Source: a virus
Length of the DNA stretch: 64,000 bases
Reading direction: 5' to 3' (one strand)
IMG/VR virus record: IMGVR_UViG_3300029319_000017
Span: 1 to 64,000 of that record
Shown here: piece by piece, positions 17,667 to 31,600 of the stretch
How positions within the stretch are numbered: the first letter of the stretch is position 1
How the letters are laid out: every line of letters begins with the position of its first letter
Position numbers and translations under genes: made by a program
The notes under the pieces: generated by a model
Databases searched by the model: none
Told to the model about the DNA's origin: nothing
Seen by the model: the letters and a program-made list of their open reading frames with translations, nothing else

Positions 17667-20600
17667 ATCTTGTTACGTATGGATTTATTTTATCTTGATC
17701 GTAAATCTCAAATACTCTTCTTAATTGTGACCATCCTGGTACAAACTTAAGTGTATGATAGAATAAAGGAGTCTTGTCTCTTGGATTTTCTGCTATTACA
17801 CCTAACATTTCTAATGACTCTGTCCACCCGTTAGTTACAACTTTATAAGAATCTGTTAACAGTCCTGTTAATGGTACAAGACCTCTTGTAAATGCTGCAA
17901 ACTCCATAGGATTTAATGTAAACCCTAATTCCATCCTTGTTCTTGCTAACAGCATGTACGTTTTTCTATTTAGATAGGTTTTATTTTTCCATTTCTCATC
18001 GTCTGGACCAACTCCCATTCCCATAGCCATTGCTGCTAAATACATTCCAATTAATGCTCTAACTTCTGCTAGTGTTCTAGTAACAGATCTTTCTCTCATT
18101 CTTAAGAATTCTTTTAAAGGAATATTTTTTATTCTTGGATCTGTACTATTTCTTTTAAATCTTTCAAATTCAGCCTCTAATCTTTTTACTCTGCTATCAT
18201 ATTTTCTTTGCATAGCATCTGTCCACTTTCCTTCTTTTTCTAACTTTGCTTTTTTTGCAGGATCTGTAATATACTTTCTTAAGAATGTAAGATATGTTAC
18301 ACCGTCTGCACCCCTTAATAATATGTTTTGTAACATTTTTACAAGGCCTGCTTCTTCTTTTAATAACATTTTTCCATGTGCTACAGAATCTGCACCAGTT
18401 GCAGTTTTAAAAAATCCTCTAAATCTACCTTCTTCTAATACTTTTAATACGTCATTATACTGCGTGCTACCAAATCTAGATTCAAGTAATCCAGGCATCC
18501 AGCTTTTAAACTGCATCATTACCTGTCCTGTTAAAGAGGTATTAAATGTATAAATATTCTCATCACTCATTTCCCCTTTTATTTTTCTAGCTACTGCTTT
18601 TACTCTTAACCTAAAATCATTATAAGATTGTTGAGTCATACCATTAATCATTAACGAACCTTCTTTATGGTTTTTTGTAAAACTGTCCCATAAAGATGGT
18701 GTTCCTTGTGGTAGATCTACAAGTCTTTGTAATACCCCTTCTTTATCAATACCATGGTTTTGTGCCATAGCTACTGTTATCATACCATCTATATTTTCAT
18801 CTGGACTTCTTAGTGGAAAATACCAATTATCAAGATCTAAAACTTTATTAGCAGCTTTCATAGATAAATCTTTAGCTTTTCTCCAAGTTAATCCTGCTTG
18901 AAACGGATCTACATAGTTTACAAATGCATGCCACTCTTTATTATTCATTGCATAGTTTTTTCTAGCTACATTTAAGTGTTTGTTAGTGTAATGCACTCCG
19001 TCTATACCATTTAAAAACATGTTTACACCTCCTGTTATTCTTGCTGCCATACCAGGCACAAATGCTAGTCCTAATACTTTCATAGAATATAGAGACTGTA
19101 ATGTTTTTATAGTTTTAATTTTACTTATTCCCCCTATAATAGTATCATCTCCTTGTATTCTTTGTCCATATAAATAAAATTTTATAAACCTATCATAGTT
19201 AGCAAGTAGTTCTGGAGACGCATTTTGTCTTCTAATTTCAGATCCTTGGTATTGTAATACACCATTTTTAGTTACAGCCTCTCCCTTTTCAATAATCATT
19301 TCTTTTAGTCCCATTATATAAGACTCGATTTCTCCCATGTGTTTATGGTTATATATACTAGTAGCTAATAAATATAATGATTTAGATAAATCTATAGATT
19401 TTAATCCTGCATCTACATCTCCTTTTGTATTTATAAGTTCATTTACATAAGGTAATGGTATTTTATCTATAAACCCATCATCAGTAAAAACACCCCCTTC
19501 TTCTTGCTCTGCTTTTAGCATAAAAGATCTAGATATAGAATCCATCATTTCTTCTAGTCCTTTAATACTCATTCCATTATTTAACAATGACTCCATTATG
19601 TCATCTTTTATATTTGCTATAAAGTTAGGAGACATTTTTATATTAGCTTTATCACCTAGTTCTGCATTAATTCTTCTATAAGTATTATAGTAGTCTAGTA
19701 CAGGTTTATTCTTTGCTATAGTTTTATATTTTTCAGAATAATGTTCTGCAGGATTTTTAGGTTCTAAGAACATGCTCCAGTATGGATTTAACCATGCTTT
19801 GTCATATAAAGGGTCAAACACATTAAACTTTTGATCCCAAGCTTTCATGTTTGCTTTTCTAATACCAATTTGATTATCTTCAGGAAATAAATAACTTTCT
19901 CTTTCTACTGCATTTTTTCTCATCAAATTAAACTTTTTTCTAGCTCCTTCTTTTATTTTAAAGTTTTGCTTCATCCATATAATATCATTCTTCTCTTGTT
20001 TAGATTTAATTGTGTCTCTAAACTCTTTAGAAAACATTGGTACAAGATTTCTATAAATAACTTTACCTTCTTTATCTTTAGTATCTTGTATAAGTATGTC
20101 TCTAAATGCTTCTTTTAGAGTCATGCCATTATCTTTTGCCCACTTGTTTAAACCTCCATCTCTTTTACCATTAATTTCTTTACCAAATGTAATATCTTGA
20201 ATCTCATCATTAAGTGCATCTGTAATAACTTTTGTTTTATTAAAAGAATCATTAATTTTTTTGTACGCAGCTCTAAATGCTGGATGCGGGTATACATCCA
20301 TAGTTGTAAAGTTTCTAGTTAAAAATCCTTGTGTTTTAGGAGTTTCTGATAGATCATGACCATCTCTATGTGCTACTTCTGTTACTCTTGATAACCATTC
20401 ATTTCTAACACGCTTTAAATTATTGTCTACAATAGTAGAAGCATCGTTAAAAGCATCTCTGTAAGCTCTTGCTTTTTCTTTGTCTTTTGATTTTTCAATC
20501 ATTTCATCTAAAAACTTTACAGTATTATCTGTAATATTTTGAAACATAGTAAAGTCTTCGTAAATAGCTCTTAAATCTTCGTCTGTTAAATAATCTGCAC

Positions 20601-22665
20601 TGTTTGTATCTTTTATTCCTATACCAGCAGTTACAGTACTAATTCTTTGTGCAACATTATCAATCAAACTTACCACATCTCCTTTCACCACTAACTCTTG
20701 CATAGCATCTTCTAAGACTTCTATCCTAGCTTGAATCTTTGCAAAGTCTCTTCTTTTTGTTCTTACGTTTCTTTGTTGTGTTTTAAGCCTTTTAATTTGA
20801 TTGTCTAATCTATTTACTAATTTATCTAATTCTTTGTGATCTGTTTTTTCTAATGCAACAGCTATAGATCTTAAGTACTCTTTATTTGTATGCGCCATTT
20901 CAAATTTAGTCAAAGTAGTCGTAAGTTCTCCTTTTACATTTTTAGCATACTCTACATGTATTGGTACGATTCTTGTTCTATTAAACTTTTCAACTCCATG
21001 TACTTCTTTTAACATATTTATGTAAGTACCTATTTGTGTGTTGTAACTATCCATTTTAGATCTAAATGGGTTTCTAACAATTTTACCTTTTCTATCTTTA
21101 AAATAAAACCCAGGTGATAGAGTTTTCCAATCAAGTAGGTCCATACTGCCGTCTGAATATACAACAGCTACGTCCATAGTTCCAGCTACGCCTTCTAATC
21201 CCGCTAATATTTTATGTGGATTTACAATTTTTAATTCTGTAATTAAATTAGCTTTTCCTTTTCCTATTTTTTCTTGTTGTATTTCTATCTGTTTAATGTG
21301 GTTTCTTACACCTTTTTTAAATATTTCAAAATGCACTTTGTTTAGTCCTGCATCTTTTCTAATTTGTTCTAACGTTTTTTTACCTCTTCCATCAGGATCT
21401 ACTACATTAATCATATTACTTTTACTTCCATAAAAATCCATTAACTCTTGTGCAGCATTGTGTATTCTAACACCATTTTCTCTTAAATGTTTACTTTTTG
21501 CAGATTTAGTAATTTCTAAAGCTTTTTCTTTACCTTTAGTTCTAATAAAATCTCTAGTACTTTGATCTGTAACACGATTACTAATTATATACTCTTTACC
21601 ATCTTTTGTAAACTTATATCTTTTTAGCTTTTTACCATCGCTAAACTCTTCTATAACTTCTAGACTTTTAGGCAGTTTTCCATCATCTTCTTGTATCCAC
21701 TCTTTCATAACTAAAGCTTCATGGTCATCTAATAAACTTTGTGTTAGTTTTTCTTGTGGATCTTCTGTTTGCTCAGGCTCTGCTTGTAGCATTTCTGCAT
21801 CTGTAATATTATCTACAGCATCCAGATATGCATTTTTACTTTCAGACAGCATGTTTTCTGCAGCTGCTAAAAAGGGACTGTTTTCTCCTCCAAAAAATCT
21901 TTTAATTGCATTTAATACTTTTTGAAACCATCTACCAAATCTAGATACATTTTGTTTAGTTTCTGCAGGTGAGTATACATTTATAACTTCAGCAGCTATT
22001 AGTTTTCCTATTGCTTCATCACGTATTTTATCTTCATTTACAGTACCATCTTCGTTTTGATATAATGGGTTAGAAGAATACTCTTCAGAAACTGTGTTGT
22101 ACATGTCGTATTTATCTACGCTGTTGTACATAGATCTATACAAAGGACTATCTTTTGCTTTTAATAGCTCAACAAATAAATGTGATGCTTCTTCGGGTAA
22201 AGTCATTTTATCTGCTTTACCTCTAACAACTTGTACAGTTTTTAATAAGGTGTCTATTTTAGCTCTACCAGTTATAGGATTGCCAGCACGGTCTGTAAGA
22301 TTATTAACAACATCTATACTAAAACCATAGTTATTTAAAAAGTCAGCCATTCTACTATCTAACTCTTTATTTGCTTCTACAAAGGTAGGATCCTCTAATG
22401 CAGCTTTATATATGTCGATAGCAGGCTTAGGAACACTCTCTATTAAATCTTCTACACTTTCTATGTAGGGTTCCCCGTTGTTATCTAAAACGTCCTTAAA
22501 ATCTTCTTTAAATGATTTTGTTTGTGTTTTTAACCAAATCTTGTGTGCATCTTCTTTACTACCTATTTTATCTACTAAGTCATTAAATAAGTTAGAAGGG
22601 TTTCCATTATCTGCAAACACCTGTGATACAGTACCGTCTATATTTTTTATTACATTACAAGCCAT
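17665..22665 (-). CDS. large virion cargo/ejection protein with PD-(D/E)XK nuclease-like domain
   Basis: 1666 aa, downstream of the virion RNAP as in crAss-like phages; E...GTMD.AV..SDG...L.DWKT...Y..Q..Y nuclease motif; LPEEASH...E degenerate zincin-like motif. Confidence 0.7.
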   Translation of the reverse strand: MACNVIKNIDGTVSQVFADNGNPSNLFNDLVDKIGSKEDAHKIWLKTQTKSFKEDFKDVLDNNGEPYIESVEDLIESVPKPAIDIYKAALEDPTFVEANKELDSRMADFLNNYGFSIDVVNNLTDRAGNPITGRAKIDTLLKTVQVVRGKADKMTLPEEASHLFVELLKAKDSPLYRSMYNSVDKYDMYNTVSEEYSSNPLYQNEDGTVNEDKIRDEAIGKLIAAEVINVYSPAETKQNVSRFGRWFQKVLNAIKRFFGGENSPFLAAAENMLSESKNAYLDAVDNITDAEMLQAEPEQTEDPQEKLTQSLLDDHEALVMKEWIQEDDGKLPKSLEVIEEFSDGKKLKRYKFTKDGKEYIISNRVTDQSTRDFIRTKGKEKALEITKSAKSKHLRENGVRIHNAAQELMDFYGSKSNMINVVDPDGRGKKTLEQIRKDAGLNKVHFEIFKKGVRNHIKQIEIQQEKIGKGKANLITELKIVNPHKILAGLEGVAGTMDVAVVYSDGSMDLLDWKTLSPGFYFKDRKGKIVRNPFRSKMDSYNTQIGTYINMLKEVHGVEKFNRTRIVPIHVEYAKNVKGELTTTLTKFEMAHTNKEYLRSIAVALEKTDHKELDKLVNRLDNQIKRLKTQQRNVRTKRRDFAKIQARIEVLEDAMQELVVKGDVVSLIDNVAQRISTVTAGIGIKDTNSADYLTDEDLRAIYEDFTMFQNITDNTVKFLDEMIEKSKDKEKARAYRDAFNDASTIVDNNLKRVRNEWLSRVTEVAHRDGHDLSETPKTQGFLTRNFTTMDVYPHPAFRAAYKKINDSFNKTKVITDALNDEIQDITFGKEINGKRDGGLNKWAKDNGMTLKEAFRDILIQDTKDKEGKVIYRNLVPMFSKEFRDTIKSKQEKNDIIWMKQNFKIKEGARKKFNLMRKNAVERESYLFPEDNQIGIRKANMKAWDQKFNVFDPLYDKAWLNPYWSMFLEPKNPAEHYSEKYKTIAKNKPVLDYYNTYRRINAELGDKANIKMSPNFIANIKDDIMESLLNNGMSIKGLEEMMDSISRSFMLKAEQEEGGVFTDDGFIDKIPLPYVNELINTKGDVDAGLKSIDLSKSLYLLATSIYNHKHMGEIESYIMGLKEMIIEKGEAVTKNGVLQYQGSEIRRQNASPELLANYDRFIKFYLYGQRIQGDDTIIGGISKIKTIKTLQSLYSMKVLGLAFVPGMAARITGGVNMFLNGIDGVHYTNKHLNVARKNYAMNNKEWHAFVNYVDPFQAGLTWRKAKDLSMKAANKVLDLDNWYFPLRSPDENIDGMITVAMAQNHGIDKEGVLQRLVDLPQGTPSLWDSFTKNHKEGSLMINGMTQQSYNDFRLRVKAVARKIKGEMSDENIYTFNTSLTGQVMMQFKSWMPGLLESRFGSTQYNDVLKVLEEGRFRGFFKTATGADSVAHGKMLLKEEAGLVKMLQNILLRGADGVTYLTFLRKYITDPAKKAKLEKEGKWTDAMQRKYDSRVKRLEAEFERFKRNSTDPRIKNIPLKEFLRMRERSVTRTLAEVRALIGMYLAAMAMGMGVGPDDEKWKNKTYLNRKTYMLLARTRMELGFTLNPMEFAAFTRGLVPLTGLLTDSYKVVTNGWTESLEMLGVIAENPRDKTPLFYHTLKFVPGWSQLRRVFEIYDQDKINPYVTR

Positions 22666-25600
22666 TATTTACATGTTGTTTTTTTATCTATTTCTATCTG
22701 CTCAGAAATTTCTTTTGCATTTAGTCTAATATTTGTTTTTGTATCAGCTATTGCTTTAGTTCCTTTTATAGTTACATTTCTTCTTTTTCTTAACTGTCGT
22801 AAGATTATACCGTGTCTCATTCTATCTTCAGGATTCATGTCATTTACAAAGTTTTTGCCTGGCACGCCTATCTCTAAAGACAGATCTTGATTTATTTTGT
22901 CAAGCCTAACTTGCTCTTGCATTAATATTTCTGTAGCTATCCTTCCCGATCCTGGTAAAAGTTTTGTTTTAAATTTTCTTACACCATTCTCAATTTGATT
23001 TTTAATATCTCTTCTTAACTGCTCTTCTACAATTAACTCTCCTTCTTTATCCATATAATACTCTGGGTTCTGTGCTTCTATTGTTACAGCTTTATTGTAA
23101 TCATTTTCAAGCGTGCTGTCATTGCTTTTATCTACACCAACAATTTCATACACACTCATTTTTTGATTTTTGCTTGTATCTAACCAAGAAGATGGTATTT
23201 TGTTTTTACCTGATTTAATTTTAGGTAGCATTTTGTCCCAACTAGTATAGCCTTCATTTCTTGCAAAGTTATCTAATTCTTCTGCAGTATCCAAACCTTT
23301 ATACATTATTTCATCTACTAGCTTTACGTATACTTTTATATTACCAGGCAGTGTGTATATCTTACCGCTTTTTAATTTACCTGTAGGTACAGTCAATGTT
23401 TTTGCATTACCTTTTTTAATTTGCATTTCTTCAAATTTATTAAGAGTTATATCCAAAGGTGTTATTATTTGTTTGCTGAATACATCTTTTGCTTGATCGT
23501 ATTTTAAATTGTTTTTATCCAGTATAGATTTTTGATTAGGATCTGTAGGATACTCTTTTAAATTTAATCCGTTACCTAATCTATCAACAGGTTCGTATTG
23601 AGTATATGCACTTTCTACACTTTGACTTAGAGATTTTTTAAATAATAATAATGTTTTAGGAACAGGCAGCCCTTTCTTTTTTAGTTCGTCTGCTTCTTTA
23701 CTTTCTACAGCATCCATAGATATACCTACGTAAGGAAACTTACTTGTAGGATCTGAGTTTTTAATACTAGGATATACTGCGTTATCTTTAATTTTATATT
23801 TGCTTCTAGGTAATCTTGGTACAATTTTAGAATTATGCCAATTGTTTCTAAAGAAATTATCAAAAAAGTTTACAACATCTGTATTACTAGGATCTAATTT
23901 AGATACGATTCTAACAGCTCTTTCTGTAAACTTCTCTGTAGGTAATATGTGTAAGTAACTCATGTTGTTTAAAGACATACCCGATTGTAGTATTGCATGG
24001 TCTATTAACATGTTTTGATCAGTTTCTGGTAACTCTAAGAATGCGTCTCTTAAACTATTAGCTTCATAGTTATTAAGAATTCTAGAGTATAGTTTTATAT
24101 TGTCTGTTCCTCTTAGTGGTCCTGTACGTACTTTTTCTACAGATGGTAACAACGACTGTAAGAAAGGATTATTAGGATATAATTTTTGTAGTTCTGTTAC
24201 TCTTTTTGCTGCTGATCTTTCTCCTAAGAATAATTGTTCTGCTTTGTTACCCAGTTTTACACCATCAAAATTTTCTGCTAGCAATGCTGCAACTATCAGT
24301 TCATTTTCTGCTTCATTTAGTACAGTCAATCTAGCAGCTTCGCTTAGAGGTAATCTAGGATCGGAAAATATATCAAAGATTGCATCTAATTGTCCTACAG
24401 CTCTTGGTCCCGCACGCTCTGTTAAGAACATACTATTAAATTGTTTAGATGCTGCTTCGTGTGTAAGATAGAATTCATTTAAATGTGTACGTTGTATTAG
24501 GTTATCTATATTTCCAAATACATTTCTATGTTTTATGTCATCAAATTTATTTAGTAGAAGTTTTGCATGATTTCTACTTTTTGGTATTGCTGTATCAAAA
24601 GATGTTGCTAGTGTTAATCCTGTTAGCTCTCCACCTACTGCATCATACAATACAAAATCTTCTAATACTTGTAGCTGATCTTCTCCTAACCCTTGTTCTA
24701 TTATTTCTGTTCTAGTTTTAGTAGACATTTCTTTTAAATTTTCAGCACTAAATAACTTAGGTGTTCTTCTTGATCCTTTTTTAGTAGGGGCATAATATCC
24801 TAATACAGCGTTAAATATTGTAGCTTTAGATTGTGGATTATTTTTAACCATGTTTATCTTACTACTGTTTGCATTTAAACGACTAATGTATTCTTTTATA
24901 ATAGGCTGGTTAATAAAAAAGACTGCCTCTCTAACAGGAACGCCTGATCTTAATAAGAACATTAATGCATTCCCAACTTCAGGAACAAGGTTTAAGTCAG
25001 CTACAATAGGGTCCTCTGATGCATCTGCAAAAACATTTAAAAGTTCAGATGCAATTTCAGTTATTCTGTGCTCTCCTTTTATATCATATATTCTGTCTAA
25101 TCTTATTGCACTTCCTGTTAACCCACTAAAACCTTCTATGTTTATTCCTATATTAGAAAATTCTTTTACACCTTCAATTGTAACGTTTGGTCTTAGGTAT
25201 AGCCCTGCTTGCTGCGATTTTACTATGTGTGTTGCATTTGTAGCTGCTATACCTAAACCATTTTTTCCTGATTGGAAATCTTTTGTGATATTAAAAATAT
25301 GTGGATAAGAGATTAGTTCTGCATCGCTAACCTGTCTTTCTGCTATTCCTAGTTCAGATCTTATATCTAGTATAACTCTTGTACCAATAGGATTAAGTAA
25401 TTGTGTATAAGATCTAGGAGTAGATAATATTTTTGTTTTTAAATCTATCATCCTGTTTTGCACTGCACCCATATGGTTTAGTTCTACAGGATTTTTACCT
25501 TTGTTTTCTATAAAGAATTCATCTAAAGAAGGTATTTTATTTGCTTTCTTTTCTAATTTTTTAAATTCTGCTACAACATCTTCTACACGATCTGCACGAT

Positions 25601-28600
25601 CTTTATCTGGATTGTTTGCAAGTTTTTTAAACCTACTAAATAATACTTCTATTTCTGCATCAGAGTAGTCGTATAGTTGATCGCCTGCTACATTAGGATT
25701 GTCTCTAAATATAGCTAACAATAAATTTTCTACTGCAGCCTCTGTACTTCCCATTTCTTGTGCTCTAGCATTAACTAGATCTTTACTAAACTTGTCCCAA
25801 AATCTATTAAACGGTCCATACAATGCATCATAGTATTGTTTTATACCTTCTTTGGTATTTGTATCCGCATTTATAAATTCTCTTTTAGTTATTTTACCAT
25901 CTTTTACTGTGTAAGAAGGCATGTATAATGTTAATTTATCAATATCAAAGTCAGACCCTGCTTTAACTACTAACTCAGAAGGGACCATAACTTGTGCACC
26001 AGACTGTGGTGGTAAGAATCCTTTTATAGTCATAAAGTCAATAGAGTGTAAACCGTCCGTTGGGATACGAAATCCTATTAGTTGTAATAAATTAGAGTCT
26101 CCTACTTTTTGTCCCCTTTGATTGTATACACCATCTGGTCTAACCTGTAATCCTTCTCCTAAAAACTCTTTAAAATAATGTGGTAGGTATACTTCCATAC
26201 CAAGTGTTTCTGAGTTTGGATTATTAGGATCTTTCTTACGATAAAACTTTAATCCGTTTCTTCCTGAAGATTCTACTTTGCCTTGTCTTACAATTCTAAC
26301 AGTGTTTTCTGATCCTAAAGAAGATACTTGTACTGCATTTTCACCTTTTACTTTTTGTGTAATAGAGTTGTTTCCTACCAGTGAAAACAATAGGTTTTCT
26401 AATCTACCTTTGTTTACTATAATATCAAACACTTTCTTGTCCCCGTCAGGCTGATTTAGTAGAGACTCTATACCTGCTGCTACGTTTTCTGGATAGTTTC
26501 GTTTAGCTATTTCATCACGAATCATATCTGCAAACTTTTGGATATTACCTCCTGTTAATTTGTAACTAACTTCGCCTTTACTATCAACTACTTTTTCTAA
26601 ATTAAATCTTTTAAGTAAATTTTCTCTACTTCTTCGTGTAATCTCATTAACTGCATCTAAATAGTCTGATGCATCTTTGTGTACAGAAGAAGCTTTTTTC
26701 TTCTGTTCTGGTGTCATCTTTTCCCAAGAAGCAATGTCTCCTGTATAGTCTGCAGGCATACCCCCTTCGTATAAATTTGCAAGTATGTGAGTTCTAGACT
26801 GCGTACCTAATGTAACTTTACCTTTAAACTCTTTATTAATATCTACTTGTATCCCAAAATAAGATAAGTCTATTACCGTGTGTAAGTCTGAGTCTATAGG
26901 ATTTATAGTACCGTCTTCATTATAAAACTGTGGTGCGTTACCTGTAACAAGATCTACTCTACTACCTATCTTAGCAGCTGTAGGATGCATAACCATGTCT
27001 GTACCAGACTCATACATATCTTTTAATAATCCTTTTAGCGCAGTGTCTTGACCATTTATTCTAGTCATCTGTGGAAATATAGGAGTTAAAGATAGCTTTA
27101 ACCCTACCATTTGTTTTAACTCAGATATTGCAGGTCCAAAACCTTGTGGCTTTAATGTTGGAAATGCTGTTAGTTCTTCTTTTGTAAGCTCTTTTCCTAA
27201 CATTGACTTTCTAAACAAATTTTCTTGTTGTTCTGTCCAGTCTCCAATTCTCATCATAAGCTCTCTATAAAAATGTATATTAGCAAATGCATTTGCATCA
27301 GCTTCTTCTATGTTTCTATACAAATTAGATATATCTTCTCCTAAATACTCTGCATATTCTCTCCAATAAACACTTTCTGATACAGGATCTGCATAGATCA
27401 TTATATTAGCTTGCCCGTTATAACTCTTATTATGCTCTCCATAGTTTTCTTTTACTTCTTCACTAACTTCAGGCTCATTATTGTTTAACCAAGAATTCAT
27501 ACGATCATCTACTCTAGGAAACTTTTTTGTACCAGATGCTAGTTTAGTTCTTTTGTATAAATCTTTGTATTGTGCTACATCACCAAAGAAAAGTTTTAAT
27601 TGTTCTACATTACCTATAAAGTTTTGTAATGCAAATGCACTAGCTATTGCATCTACCTGATTAGCAGTTAGTTGCTTACCCACTTTGTCTCCTGTAATAT
27701 TACTAACAGTTTGTGTATCAAGCCCATTATTTAAGAACGTATTGCCTTTACCTTTAGTAAGTATTCTTGTTTGCAGCATTAATTTTTTATTTTTACTTGC
27801 CTCTTCGTTTAAGTAATTAATTATTGCTGATTGTATTACAGATTTATTTTTACCCATAAACTCATTAATAGGCATGTGGCCTTGTAATACATTAGTTAAG
27901 TCTATCATTTCACTTGGCTGCAGTCTAGACTCTACTATTTGTTTAAATACACGTAATCCTCCTCCTTTTCTATTATAGTCTTTTATATCTTTTCCTAATC
28001 CTTTTGTATTAAAGTTTACTGCCGTGGTAAGTTCATCTACAAAATACCCTAATAACTGTTCTCTTACATCTACAGGATCAGTAAACTGTTCTATAGGAAA
28101 TCTAACACCATATTCTGTTTTAGCATCAGCTGTTCTTAGTATTGGTATTACACCATTAAGTACAGAGTTTATGTACATAGCAGCTCTATCTTCATATGTC
28201 AAATGTGATGTGTGTAAACCTTGATCTCCAGCTCTATCTATTCTTAATCCTTCTATAACATGCATTTCTATTTTTGCATTAGGATCTGCACTTATAGCTT
28301 TTAATACTAAAGAGTTTGCTACATATGGATTGTTTTTAAAGTGTTCTGGTAATATGCCTGAGTTTAGTTTGTTAGATATTAAACTCATATATGTATTTAA
28401 TGTAATACCATACACAGGTTTACCTTCAGCATTAAAGTGTTTAAGCTCTACAGCCTTGTCGTTAAACAGCATTTCTACTTTTAATAAATTACCAAGTCTT
28501 GTTTGTGCATCTATTGTTTCTCTAGAAAATAGATCTGCGCCTAAAGTATTATCTGGTTTATTTAATTCTGACAATACCCAGCTTGCAGAGTCTCTTAATA

Positions 28601-31600
28601 TTTGTTTTATAGTTTTACCATCTATAGTTTTATCAAGATTATTTAGTATTGCAGCTCTGTCTGCAAACTCAAATCCAAAGTTTTCAAATAATTCTAATAC
28701 TGTATTAGGATCATCTAATACAAGAGATCTTAAAACTCCAGTTTGATTTATTTGTTTTAAACTTTTATTACGTATTTTACCTATTTTAGGTTTGTAATCT
28801 AAATTAATTTTTAACTCACCGTCTTGTACACTAACAAGTAATCTACCATCAACATCTTTTACATTAGAGTTCTTTAAATTATTTCTCCAAGGAGTTATAA
28901 TAATATTTTTTAATTGATTTGCATTAGGGTCTACAGAATAAAAGTTTCCTTCAGTATCTAATACAAAAGAATCAAATGTATTTTTAGTTTTATTCATTTG
29001 CTGTGCAAACATATTACTAAGTTTCATTTGATCAAATGAGCTGTTGTCATCTAGTTCTCCTAATCTTTTTACTAATGGTTTAATCCAAACATGCTTATCA
29101 GATAATTGTTTTAATTTTTCAATTTGTTTATTAGGATCTGTAATACCTGATAACCTATCTTGTATAAAGTTCATAGCATAGTTAGAGTCTACAATACCAG
29201 TTGTCCCAGTAATATTTATTGTAGTTTCATTAGCTAATGTTCCTAATAACAATTTTATATAAGGATGTGAGTTGCCTGTTGCAGAAAACTGCATAGACTC
29301 TAATATATTAAATGGGTCACTTTGTCCATTCTTTAAGTTTTCTTCTTTTTCTACCTTTAACGATGTGTCTATACCTATGGACAATAAAAATTGTCTGTGT
29401 ACTTCTTGAAAAGATTTTATGTTACCGTCTCTTGTAGTTTTAACTCTACCTCCATTTAAGAATAATCTTGCTTTAGCAGCTCTTTGTGCAAGCAAGTTGT
29501 ATTTATCTTTTAAAGCTGTATCATTTGTATTAGAAGCCAGATCTGTATAAATTTTTATTTTGCTTCCTAGCTCATCATACATTCTACTAAATGCAGTTTT
29601 GTATATTTTAACTAGTTTATTGTTGTACTCATCGTATCTATTAGGATTAGACAACATTTCTAATTCACTTAGTGTTAGTTTTAGATTAGGATCATCAAAC
29701 ATAGTTTTACCAAAGTGCTTAGTAAATGTGCTCATCATGTCCATAGAAAATCTAGCGCTTGTAACATTACCATCATTTTCTAATAATGCCATGTTAACTT
29801 CTTCTACATTTCTTGTTTCAGTAGGAGCTTTTATATCAGCAAACTCTCCAGCTTTTATCTTATTAAATATTGTTGCAACAGTCTGCATGTTAGGATCTAC
29901 TTGTAGTTGTGCATCTAATCCAAACATTGCTCTAAAAAAGTTTCTAAGTCTGTCAAACAATCTAGCAAAGAATCCTTTTGGCTTACTGTACACGTCTTTT
30001 TTATAAGTTTCGTTACTTAGTATCCACTTTCTAAACTCTTCTGCTAAATACTCTTCTGCTTGCTTATCTGTTGCATTAGAAAACTTAACCATCTTTCCCT
30101 TGTAGTCTTTAAAAGATCCTTTGTTATTTCTAACTTCATCGTACATTTGTTTTCTTGTTTTGTCATTTAACAAGAAATAAGAAACCTGGTGAAAGCCTTC
30201 ATGATATGTAGTACCACCTACAGCTAATTCAGATACTACAGTTCTACCAAATCCTTTAACTTGACCTATAACATTAGGTGTTTTACTTTTTATAAACCCT
30301 GCAACAAACTCTACTTTATTCCAAGGTAACATTTTATTTATTGTATCTATTTCTTCTTGTGTAACGCCTTTAGACTCTTCTACGGCAAGATCAAGAATTT
30401 GTTCTCCAGAGTATACTTGCTCTACAACTAGGTTTATTTCTTCGTCATCAAACAACTCATCTTTTTTCTCTTCATTTGCTTTATCTATTTCATCTTGTAT
30501 ACTATTATCTTCTGCAGGACTGCCTAAAACATCTGAAACCTCTTTATCTTCTTGGACAGGTATATCACTAAAATCTTGTACAGGAGGTCCTGTTATAGCT
30601 TCTTCTGCTTTTTTAATGTTCTTTTCATTTTGCTCTATTCTTTTTTCTACTTCGTTTTCTACTTCAGTTTGATTTTCTTTTACTTCTTGTTCTGTAGTTC
30701 CTTGTACAATAGCAGCATTATTTTCTTCAGTTCTACCTTTAAATTTATTAAATGCAAAGTCTCTAAAAGAGTTTGCTCTAGAAGTATTTTTATATTCTTC
30801 TAAATACTCTAACAACTGGTCTATGTACTCTTGATCAGATATATTTTTTGGGTCTCCATTATAAAGCATAAAACCTTCAGCATTATCAAGGTTAGCAGCA
30901 TACTTAGAATCTACAGCCTGTTTAAATCCTTCCATTATTTCTACTTCTATAGGTCTACCTGCTTTAGCATCGTTGAGCATTTTTTCATATCTTTTTATCT
31001 CTTGCTTTTGTATATCTGTATAGACTACATTTTCAGGTGCTTGTGGGTCAGCTTCTCCTTGATATACTCTACCAGATCTTGAATCTCTACCAGGTATATC
31101 AAACTTTAAATATCTAAATTTATACTGTGGTGTAATATAACTTAGGTTATTCATTAAAGGTAAGTTTGTTTGTAATGGAGGTGCAAACGCAGCATCCTCT
31201 CTAGCTTCTAGCAAGTATTGCTCGTAATTATCCCATTTAAATCTTACACTGTCATCTAATTCAAATGTATTAACTCCTGTTTCTTTATAGAACGGCATGT
31301 AGAAAGGAGTCGTAGATGAAGGCTTACCGTTTTTATTTCTTAGACTTTTTATATTAACGTTTACTAATTTGTTTAATAAAAAGTCATTTAGTTTAGATGT
31401 GTTATTATCTAGTATATCTTGATAACTTATAAACTGATCACCCATTTGATATCCTTTACCTGTATCAAAAAAGTCTACTCTTGTTACCCCGTCTTCTGCT
31501 AGCTGGCCTTCAGTTCCAGATCCATAGTAAAGCATGTCTTTTAACTTTTGAAATACAAATACTTTTTTACCATCTACATCTAATAGAGCAGCTTCTTGTC

